Source: Macrostomum lignano
Lineage: Eukaryota
Length of the DNA stretch: 64,000 nt
Direction: 5' to 3'
Assembly: GCA_002269645.1 (NCBI GenBank)
Contig: NIVC01000242.1
Span: forward strand, 1-64,000
Under the pieces are notes generated by a model. That model was not told where the DNA came from and did not search any database. It worked only from the letters and a program-made list of their open reading frames with translations. Every line of letters starts with the position of its first letter. The first letter of the stretch is position 1. A program made the position numbers and the translations under genes. Shown here piece by piece: positions 31,642 to 43,600 of this stretch.

Positions 31642-34600
31642 ATGAAAGTGACGGTGAGCTTCGGTTCCACAAAGCTGGTGGTGCCATGCGGCGCCGGCGA
31701 GATCACCATACGCGATCTGGTTGCCAAGGCAACCAGTCGATTCAGATCAGCTGCCGCGGCGGCGGCGTCTTCATCATCAAACTCGACCTCTTCTCCAGCT
31801 GCCGGGGTAGCCACCGCACCACCGACTGATGCTGGCGATGGCACCGCCGCCACCTTGGCTGAGCCGCCGTTTACCGTCACCTGCGTGACTCTGGCCAGGG
31901 ATGGCGGAATTCTTGACTGGGACGACCGGGTTGCCGATGTTCTGGACGATCGAGAAATGGTGAGTTGGGTCAACAGCGTAGTGCAATCTCTCATAGAGAA
32001 AGTGAAATCTCCCATAGAGAAAGTGCAATCTCCCATAGAGAAAGTGCAATCTCCCATAGAGAAAGTGCAATCTCCCATAGAGAAAGTGCAATCTCTCATA
32101 GAGAAAGTGCAATCTCTCATAGAGAAAGTGCAATCTCCCATAGAGAAATTGCAATCTCTCATAGAGAAAGTGCAATCTCCCATAGAGAAATTGCAATCTC
32201 CCATTGATAAAGTGCAGTCTCCCTGAATGACTTAAATCAATATTTCCTGTGCAGCTCATCGCCCAGACGCGGCCAGCATCGTCCGAGGCGTCTACAGCTG
32301 ATGGCACAGACGATCTGCTTCTGACGGAGTTTCAGCAGCAGCATCAGCTGCATCATCCGTCTCTTCTGCCGCCTCCGCCTGCGGATTTTCTGCCTACACT
32401 GCCCGAGTCGGACGGCGAGGCTGAGCGATACGATTCTCCCCCTGGCGAGGCTGAACTCGAATCGGACGATGCTCAAGAGTTTGAGTCGGCCAGTTATCTG
32501 ATTCGCATCTCTATTGACCGGGCATCGGCCGGCGCTGCTAGGAATGCGGTCGGCATGACAACAAAACCGTTTTTAGATCGCAGTCAACGAACTGCAGGCC
32601 TAGAAATTCAGGCCCTGGGTGCCGGCGGTTCGGCTGCCAAGGACGGCCGATTGAGACCGGGCGATCGAATTGTGGAAATCAATGGCAACTCTTTGTTGGG
32701 CGTGTCATTCCAACAGTGAGTCTGCTGGCTGGGTTGGGTTGGGCTAGTTAGAATAGTACTTAACTGTACCTAGGCCTGTGACCGCGAGTCTAGGGTCTAG
32801 GGTCACCGGTGTGACCTTGCATTGTGACCGTATTGTCTAGGGTCATCGGTGTGACCTTGCATTGTGACCGTATTGTCTAGGGTCATCGGTGTGACCTTGC
32901 ATTGTGACCGTATTGTCTATGGTCACCGGTGTGACCTTGCATTGTGACCGTATTGTCTATGGTCACCGGGGTGACCTTGCATTGTGACCGTATTGTCTAG
33001 GGTCACCGGTGTGACCTTGCATTGTGACCGTATTGTCTATGGTCACCGGGGTGACCTTGCATTGTGACCGTATTGTCTATGGTCACCGGTGTGACCTTGC
33101 ATTGTGACCGTATTGTCTAGGGTCATCGGTGTGACCTTGCATTGTGACCGTATTGTCTATGGTCACCGGGGTGACCTTGCATTGTGACCGTATTGTCTAT
33201 GGTCACCGGTGTGACCTTGCATTGTGACCGTATTGTCTATGGTCACCGGTGTGACCTTGCATTGTGACCGTATTGTCTAGGGTCATCGGTGTGACCTTGC
33301 ATTGTGACCGTATTGTCTAGGGTCATCGGTGTGACCTTGCATTGTGACCGTATTGTCTAGGGTCACCGGTGTGACCTTGCATTGTGACCGTATTGTCTAT
33401 GGTCACCGGGGTGACCTTGCATTGTGACCGTATTGTCTAGGGTCACCGGTGTGACCTTGCATTGTGACCGTATTGTCTATGGTCACCGGGGTGACCTTGC
33501 ATTGTGACCGTATTGTCTATGGTCACCGGTGTGACCTTGCATTGTGACCGTATTGTCTATGGTCACCGGTGTGACCTTGCATTGTGACCGTATTGTCTAT
33601 GGTCATCGGTGTGACCTTGCATTGTGACCGTATTGTCTAGGGTCATCGGTGTGACCTTGCATTGTGACCGTATTGTCTAGGGTCATCGGTGTGACCTTGC
33701 ATTGTGACCGTATTGTCTAGGGTCACCGGTGTGACCTTGCATTGTGACCGTATTGTCTATGGTCACCGGGGTGACCTTGCATTGTGACCGTATTGTCTAG
33801 GGTCACCGGTGTGACCTTGCATTGTGACCGTATTGTCTATGGTCACCGGGGTGACCTTGCATTGTGACCGTATTGTCTATGGTCACCGGTGTGACCTTGC
33901 ATTGTGACCGTATTGTCTATGGTCACCGGTGTGACCTTGCATTGTGACCGTATTGTCTAGGGTCATCGGTGTGACCTTGCATTGTGACCGTATTGTCTAG
34001 GGTCATCGGTGTGACCTTGCATTGTGACCGTATTGTCTATGGTCACTGGTGTGACTGTAAATTGTGGCCGTTTTTTTTTATTTATATAGGTAAAATTTAA
34101 AGAAAAAACTAGGCAGGTACATGCGTGAAACTCAAACCGCCCCAACAGAGCTCAGGAATTGTTGCGCGAAGCGGTGCAAGAGTTGCGCTTAGATCTGCGC
34201 ATTCTCAAACAGCAGCAGCAACCGCAGGAGCAACTATGCCGCAATCTAGACGAAATTGCTCGAGCTCACACTCAGTCGATTATGATGCAGCAGCCAGAAA
34301 ACTCTGAAAGATCCGACTCACCTGTGCTAGTTGCACCGCCACCGCCGCCCCCGCCGCCGCCTCCGCCTCCACCGTATGTGCCTATTAGTAATACTAAAAC
34401 TGTCGTTAAGGCTGCTGCCACCGCTGCGGCACCTCCGTCTTCTTCGTCCCCGCCGCCGCCGCCGCCGCCTCCGGCAGTGCAGTTGAAGCCATCGACTCCG
34501 CCTCGATCGCCATCGCCGCCTCCAGTTATGCCTAGACTGCGGAAACCGTTGTTAAATAATAATCGGCGCCCTGCTGTCGATCCCGCCCCCGCATCCGCCC

Positions 34601-37600
34601 CGCATCCGGCCCGACCGACGGCACTGCGGATGCTGGCTCTATTGTGCACACTTTCACTATCGATATACGCAAATCAGCCGACGGATTGGGCTTCTCTGTT
34701 ACAGCTAAAGAGTCGCAGGATAATAGCAATGGGATCTATGTGAAGAATGTTCTAGGCAAAGGTTCGGCTGTTAAGGACGGCAGGCTGAAGGCTGGCGATC
34801 AGCTGCTAGAGGTGGACGGATTTAAACTGACTGGCCAGACTCAAGCGGACGCTGTTAGTCTGTTGCGCGCTATACCTGTTGGCGCCACCGTCAAGATGCT
34901 GGTGTCTCGGGTGGGCGGCCAGCCGCCGCCGCCGCCACCGCAGCCGCCGCCTGCACCAGTCATTAACCATCTTGGTCAGGGCGGCGTTGAGGTTAGTTGT
35001 TAATTCATTTATTAAATATGTTCTGCATATATTTGCTCGGGGAGCGGCTCTCGCTCATGAGGGCCAAGCCCGAAGGCTTGGGGTGCAGCTCTTTTACACG
35101 TACTATTTCTATTGTAACTCTATCATTACAAATGCTGAATATTCTGTGCTAGTCAACAGTATTTGAACTGACCATACAAAATGAATGACGGCATTTTAAA
35201 AAGAATGCAGACGCTGACAGAAAAAAAAATAGATGTCAATCAGGTGAGCTTTGCAGCAAGCTAGCCAGAAGAAAAGTATGTTAATATATAGTTGTCGAAT
35301 CCAGTCAATAGAAATCATGCTCAACCATGCTCAACGGTTAGATTTTTTTGTGTGCGCACGCAAAAAAATCAGTCAAAATTTTTTTGTAACCATGATGAAA
35401 AGAATGAGGAGGCAGACATATAGTACAGTAAATGGGCTCAATTGTCAGACACTTGGCATTGTCCTGTACTGGCCACTGCCGGGCTGCTTGCTTGTACTCT
35501 TATTACACTGACTTGACCGCCGGAAGATGGCGGGACAGGGGCTGCTGAATCTAAGGAGGCCTTAAACCAGATTCTGGGAGTGCGAAAGTCTTCCCATATA
35601 AAGCCTTGATTTCTCAGACAGTTACCCGGTAGACTTCAGGTTTTACTGTTTGCACGCAATGGTAGAAGGCCGAATCTTAGTCTCATTCTAAAGCTAAATA
35701 GATTCTCACTGTCTCGGTAAATATAATCAGATTTCGAATCATAATAGAACTTTGATAAATGCTTGTTTTACGCAAGGACTACTCAAGTACTCGTAGGACG
35801 GATGATACGTGTTTTACACAAGGACTACTCAAGTACTCGGACGGATGCTGCGTGTTTTACGCAAGGACTACTCAAGTACTCGGACGGATGCTGCGTGTTT
35901 TACGCAAGGACTACTCAAGTACTCGTAGGACGGATGATGCGTGTTTTACGCAAGGACTACTCAAGTACTCGTAGGACGGATGATGCGTGTTTTACACAAG
36001 GACTACTCAAGTACTCGTAGGACGGATGATGCGTGTTTTACACAAGGACTACTCAAGTACTCGTAGGACGGATGATGATGTTTTACACAAGGACTACTCA
36101 AGTACTCGTAGGACGGATGATGCGTGTTTTACACAAGGACTACTCAAGTACTCGTAGGACGGATGATGCGTGTTTTACACAAGGACTACTCAAGTACTCG
36201 TAGGACGGATGATGATGTTTTACACAAGGACTACTCAAGTACTCGTAGGACGGATGATGCGTGTTTTACACAAGGACTACTCAAGTACTCGTAGGACGGA
36301 TGATGCGTGTTTTACACAAGGACTACTCAAGTACTCGTAGGACGGATGATGCGTGTTTTACACAAGGACTACTCAAGTACTCGTAGGACGGATGATGCGT
36401 GTTTTACACAAGGACTACTCAAGTACTCGTAGGACGGATGATGCGTGTTTTACACAAGGACTACTCAAGTACTCGTAGGACGGATGATGCGTGTTTTACA
36501 CAAGGACTACTCAAGTACTCGTAGGACGGATGATGCGTGTTTTACACAAGGACTACTCAAGTACTCGTAGGACGGATGATGCGTGTTTTACACAAGGACT
36601 ACTCAAGTACTCGTAGGACGGATGATGCGTGTTTTACACAATGACTACTCAAGTACTCGTAGGACGGGGGAACCGACGTTTCTTGGAAAACTTTAGAGGA
36701 GTCAAAAATCAAAGAAAATCTTTCTGTTACACATTTTTGGTACAGTAATAAAGCTAAGAATAAAGCTGGTTTCCCGTCCCACTTCAGTAGTCCTTGATTT
36801 CCTATATTTTCTCACATCCATTGAGGGCCAACCTACAAGGCACAGAAAGCCAGGGCCGATGTACACCCTGTGTGAGCGCGTGTGTAAGAGTGCGCGCTTG
36901 CATGTGCTCAGGGGTCAGCGGAATGGGCAGAATTTGCCTCGCGGGTTGTGTGACAATGTCGCTTATTTGCATGTGTGCTTGCAAACTGGAAACTTGCTGT
37001 CCGCCTAATCGTGTCTGTCTTAAGGTTTTAATAAAGCTTTTTTTTTAAATCCAGCTTCTCGTTCAAGATTTTCTTGGGCCAAGTTGCTCATAGCAACCCA
37101 TCGGTTCCTTGTGCGAAATTCCCCACAGGCTTGACAAAAGTACCAGTGGGAGATTCTTTTTGGCGACAATAAAAGAGCAATATTTAATTGTGCCGTCCGT
37201 CTCTGCGCTGGAAACAACATTATTGCGTATATTGTTTTATATTCATAGACGGTATCTACGAGTAAAACTGGTTCATATAAAAAGCTCGTAAACTTGATAA
37301 TGTCTGCAGCCTTATTGCATTTGGCTGGAAATCTGGGCTGCACTCTTGAGTACCGCTGCGTGCTCTGTAGCCAGTTCTGTATGTGTGTTGCAGCGCAGTG
37401 TGAGTAGATAAGGATGCTGCAGTTGTAGGCACAATTTAATATTGCATGTATTTCTTGAGTTCATAATTCATGCTCATCAATTTTTTTATTGGCAGCGTAC
37501 AGAAATCTATTTTGATGATCTAAAAGTATCTCAGGATAATCTTACGGTGTCTACAAATAATGTAAGGGTCTACGGATCTACGGATGGTCTAAGGTTATCT

Positions 37601-40600
37601 ACGGATAGTCTAAGGGTATCTACGGATAGTCTAAGGGTATCTACAGATAGTCGGGCAGCTACGGATAGTCTAAGGGCATCTACGGATAGTCTAAGGGCAT
37701 CTACGGATAGTCTAAGGGCATCTACGGATAGTCTAAGGGCATCTACGGATAGTCTAAGGCATCTACGGATAGTCTAAGGCATCTACGGATAGTCTAAGGC
37801 ATCTACGGATAGTCTAAGGCATCTACGGATAGTCTAAGGCATCTACGGATAGTCTAAGGCATCTACGGATAGTCTAAGGCATCTACGGATAGTCTAAGGC
37901 ATCTACGGATAGTCTAAGGCATCTACGGATAGTCTAAGGCATCTACGGATAGTCTAAGGCATCTACGGATAGTCTAAGGGCATCTACGGATAGTCTAAGG
38001 GCATCTACGGATAGTTAAAGGATAGCTATCAGATACCAAGGGGTTGTAACCTAGTGGTTAGAGCTTCGGACTCACGACTTTAAGGTCGGGGGTTCGATTC
38101 TCGATCCACGCGGAACTGCAGTTTGTGTCCTTGAGCAAGACACTTAAAATTGTCTAGCATTGCTTCAGTTCACCCAGCTATAAAATGGGTGCCAGCGTTA
38201 GCTGGGGTAATTCAGGGTTTGTGTGGGCACCCTCCAGTCCTTGGATTAAACAGTCGTACGCAGCCTTCAGATGCGCCGCGCAATAGCATATAGTGTATAA
38301 AGTTCTACGAATATTGGCAATGTAACTATCAGCTATCAATTTGAGTGTTGTCAATAAGAAAAAAAAAGATTTTTCGGGAAACATCGTGCACTTTTTCTAA
38401 CCCAATTTTAAAAGTTAAGAATAATTACATCGGGGTGGATTAGTGCTCTGTGCATAAACTGAAGCATCGAAGCATGCACTGAGCATGGACTGCTCCGCCT
38501 GTTGGCCGCCTCGACTCTTGAGGCAACTGAGCAGCATCGAGTGTCATGCATTGACTTTACTATTGCCGCTTGGCTAAATTTTCAAGAGACTCTCGGGGCA
38601 AATGCTTTTCCGAGTAATAAGCGATTCCAGGTTGAGCGTCCCCCCAGTCTTCATCGATACTTCTGGCTTCATTTCAATTGGCATGCTTTCAAGCTCTGAT
38701 ACTGATCAGGAGACTGAGGACCTACGCAAGCTATTCATTCACTGGCTGGAGTGCGATGGAGATTAGTAGAGAGATAAGTAGAGGGATGCACTTAGCCAGA
38801 CAGGGAGCTCTTAGATCTATAACTTGGGAGTAGCAACTCCTTATGACAGTTTTGAGGTGTTTTATTACTCTAATTAAGCACAATGGACTGCTCAATGCAG
38901 TCAAGGCAAGAAAAATACTTGCCTTGGGGGTTGGCCCTCAAGGACGTTAATTGCACGAGCAGAGCCAAGCCGCGATTCCAATTTAGCCCCGAAATAATTT
39001 GACTGCATTTGGAATCGAGCCTGGGCCGCTGACACAGAGCGCCGCGCTAGACAACTGGGCTACGGCCCCCATAGGTCTACATGTAGATCTCCTTGACTTC
39101 TTGGTCCGGAAGTGTGCAGGGCGGACCGGGCTGCCCGTGTCTTGTTCTCATCCGCTCTCAGCCTTTTTGAGCCCTCCCGGATCCGCTTAGCTCTCCTTAC
39201 CATATTTCTGTCTCCTGCCAGACAGAATCTCCCCTCTAGGATCTGACTTCGCCCTTCCCCTCCGCCAGCCGCCCCACATCTGCTGGCCTGCTTTCATCGG
39301 TATTCATAGATAGACTGTTTGGCAGCGGTGGCGGCAACCTCCGACCCCGATAAGAAGCATGAGTATAGTATCGGTAGAGTTGAAAAAGTGAATAAGACAT
39401 GGCCGAGATGAAGAGCTGAAAAAAGTTGTGAACAAGGAGACACCCCTGACCCTTTCCCCTTCTAAATACTTCGAATCCAAAATTGAATAAGTATAGGCGT
39501 TTTAGGACAAAGACAAAGACTGTGGATAGAAAATCAATTTAGGTCAACCTAGATCCACAACCATATAGTAGACATCAGTACAAAGAAGGACACCAGCAGC
39601 AACCTCTTTCATAGTAGACTCTCTATATCTCAGTGATGTTATTCAATTTATGAGCTCACTGAAATCATGCTTAAACATCGATTTCCATGAAGTGAAGATC
39701 AGGATTATCAGGATAGGACCCCAGTGATTACGCAAAAAGCGTTGCAATGTGCTAAAATGCTTTCTAAAAGGAGTTTCCGCAGTTTGCGAGAAACAACTCT
39801 GAATCGTCAACCGCGTGAAGCTGCAGAAATCAACCTTGAGCGTTGGAACGAAAACTGGCTTCATAATTTATCTGCGTCTCTTGTTAGGCAGCCTGTCTGC
39901 CTAGACTAGATATCTGCTAGTCTGACAAGCTGAAAAAATTCAATCCAAATCTGCCATGCCCCCCGCAGTTGCTACTCTATCATCTGCAGCTTGCCAACGT
40001 GCCCGAGTATTCTCCTCAGTATCCAGGGCTCAACTGGGATTTGAGATCTTGGATTAAGATTCTCTGATTACTTTTGGCGTTTCGGGTATCACGATCGGGT
40101 TGCTTTATTGCTTTACTAATACTACTACTACTACTACTACTAATATTACTGCTGGGTGTAGCAGTGTTTTTCATTGCTATTCGTTTTATAGTGTGTTAAG
40201 ATGGATGGCTCGCGTGTCAATGAACTTCTCTCTTTCAATTTTTCTACCCCCCCCTCTCTTCCTCTTCGCATGGCATTGGGCAATGCAACATTTTTTGTAA
40301 GAGTATATCAGATATATGCTTTCACTGTAAATGCGGGGTTTTTGCTACACGCTGCAGGTTGGGTCTCCATACCTTTGCCTTGCAACTTCTATATTGTCTG
40401 TTGGGCGTACGACTCGACTGTCCAGTGTGTTGCTAAATAATGTAGACTGGAATTGTGCCTCAAACTATGCCGACTGGATAAAGCACTGAGTATAAGGACA
40501 GCGTAGGATAGATAAATCCTATGCCCAATAGATAGACTGGATAAGGCGCCAGCTGCATAGACTGGATAAGGCGCCAGCTGCATAGACTGGATGAGGCGCC

Positions 40601-43600
40601 AGCTGCATAGACTGGATAAGGTGCCAGCTGCATAGACTGGATAAGGCGCCAGCTGCATAGACTGGATGAGGCGCCAGCTGCATAGACTGGATAAGGCGCC
40701 AGCTGCATAGACTGGATGAGGCGCCAGCTGCATAGACTGGATGAGGCGCCAGCTGCATAGACTGGATAAGGTGCCAGCTGCATAGACTGGATAAGGCGCC
40801 AGCTGCATAGACTGGATGAGGCGCCAGCTGCATAGACTGGATGAGGCGCCAGCTGCATAGACTGGATAAGGTGCCAGCTGCATAGACTGGATAAGGTGCC
40901 AGCTGCATAGACTGGATAAGGCGCCAGCTGCATAGACTGGATGAGGCGCCAGCTGCATAGACTGGATGAGGCGCCAGCTGCATAGACTGGATAAAACGCC
41001 AGCTGCATAGACTGGATAAAACGCCAGCTGCATAGACTGGATAAAACGCCAGAATTTTCCAACGCGTGATTGCAATGCTTAAATTGGCTTATCCTCCGCG
41101 CCTAGCTTATTTCTCTGATCCCTAATTCGTCGGTAGGACCGAACCAAGCTTCTAGGAAATTAGGAAACACCTATATAGGTTCGGTCTGCCTTTAACCCTT
41201 TAATGGTTTGCATTTCCCATGCGATTTGAAATCCCCTCTCTGTCTGTGTGTGACTGGCTGCACCAGCTCTAGCGGCTTGCGTGCTGCGGCCCCGGCCTAC
41301 AACTAATTGCGGGCAGCGGCAGTGCCTCCGACCCCCGATAATGAGCATTTAGACAGCGGCCCACCGCCTCTACGCCTCCCCCGATTAGAGTGGCTTAGTT
41401 AGCCGTCTCAGCTCCTCCTCACCGTCTTATGACTAATGAGCCTTGCAGTCTCGAAAAGCACCTTAATGAAATCTAGTAGCTGGATGGGCGGGTGGATGAG
41501 TAGGGAGCTAGGAGAGGAGAGGCGCGAGTTGATGGTGGCTAGTATTTATACATAGACTAAGCCCGTCTGTCTAGCAGGAATGCGAACCTACTCCCTTATA
41601 GGAAACCATTCCCTTAGGAAACCACTTAGGAAACCACCCACTCTCTTAGGAAACCACCCAATCCCTTAGGAAACCACCCACTTCCTTAGGAAACCACCCA
41701 ATCCCTTAGGAAACCACCCAATCCCTTAGGAAACCACCCACTCCCTTAGGAAACCACCCACTCACTTAGGAAACCACCCACTCACTTAGGAAACCACCCA
41801 CTCTCTTAGGAAACCACCCAATCCCTTAGGAAACCACCCACTCTCTTAGGAAACCACCCACTCCCTTAGAAAACCACCCACTCCCTTAGAAAACCACTCA
41901 CTGTCTTAGGAAACCACCCACTCCCTTAGGAAACCACCCACTCTTAGGAATTCACTTCCCTAGGAAACCACTCATTTAAGAAACTGCGAGCCTCCTCCAT
42001 TAGGAAACCACTCCCTTAGGAAACCACTCCCTTAGTTAACCACTCCCTTAGGAAACCACTCCCTTAGGAAACCACTCCCTTAGGAAACCACTCCCTTAGG
42101 AAACCATTCCTTTAGGAAACCACTCCCTTAGTTAACCACTCCCTTAGGAAACCATTCCTTTAGGAAACCACTCCCTTTGGAAACCACTCATTTAGGAAAC
42201 CACTCCCTTAGGAAACCACTCCCTTAGGAAACCACTCCCTTAGGAAACCACTCCCTTAGGAAACCACTCCCTTAGGAAACTACTCCCTTAGGAAACCACT
42301 CCCTTAGGAAACCACTCCCTTAGGAAACCACTCCCTTAGGAAACTACTCCCTTAGGAAACTACTCCCTTAGGAAACTACTCCCTTAGGAAACCACTCCCT
42401 TAGGAAACTACTCCCTTAGGAAACCACTCCCTACTAGACTATCCGTAACCTACTCCCTTTAGTCTCTTTAGCAACCGGCTCCCATTGGGTTTAGGTGTAA
42501 TAGTAATTCCCATCTATATATACAAACTGAATTCGTAGTTGATTTGTAATAAAATCGAGCCATCAATAAACTCAAAAAAGATATTGTTAACATTATAGTT
42601 ACCTGTCTTTGTTTATGCATTTCGGGGGAACTTTAGGGCAGCAAGTTCAAGAGGGCTCTTGTACGATTGTTGTCTTAGCTTATTAAAGTCAAGTCAAGGT
42701 TTAACAGACACAAGAGGTCAAGTGGGAGTTTAAAAGACTTGCATTTTGTTGCTGAACTGCCCTGCAATCCTGAAAGCTTAAAGGCTAGCATATCGCTCAT
42801 TCACAATGACAGAAAAAAGCTAACCGACTGTTTTTTTCACTGTCAGGGAGTGCAACAGTAGGCCTAATAAACTGCTTGGGCAAATTATATCTGCATAATG
42901 CTATTGCAGTTTAGGCCGCGCTATGCATTGGAATTTAATTATGGGTCTGCCCCCCCCCCCTAGTTCGCTAAGTGCCCGCAATGGCTGGCTGTACAAGCCG
43001 AGGGCGGGGACAGCTGACCTTCCGTTGGTCTTCCGTTCGATTCAGTTGGTTCGTGCGCAGAAAAATATATTTCCCCTAATAATCCGCACTGCCCCCCGAT
43101 ATGTGCCGCTGGATTTTTTCTCGATAGCTGCTTTGCCTCCGAGCGGGGCAAAAATTTGTGCGCCAAATTACTTCCTGTTTTTCCTCTCTTGCCTCTCCAT
43201 TGGCTTCGGGTAAGCTATCAGTTTTCCTCACTCTTGGCCTATCGTTCGGTCTTTGGTCTACAATGCAGCATTAGAGCAACTAGCGTTCGGTTGCTTGAGG
43301 CTGCTCTAAATGAGATTGATTGTGATAAGGGAAGTTAAGTGTAGTTGTTATCTCATTAAGCTTGGCACAAGCCTGGGGGGACTGGCTAATAGATTCAGAC
43401 AGACAGACACAGACAGACAGACAGACAGACAGACTGACACTAAGACACTAAGACACTAAGACACTAAGACAAACATCAAAATGCTAAGACAGACTGACTG
43501 AATGACTGGAGAGGCAGACAGGCATAACGACAGACAGACGAGCAGACGCATAAGACAGACGTATGGACAGTCATATGCTAGCAATCTGTATCTGTCAGCC

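Noticed and set aside
39640-39909. Penelope-like N-terminal fragment (WLHNLS)
   Set aside because: A single short motif with no RT or GIY-YIG sequence nearby.
41596-42432. Interstitial telomeric repeat (TTAGG)
   Set aside because: TTAGG occurs only once per 16-20-bp unit, not as (TTAGGG)n or (TTAGG)n runs.
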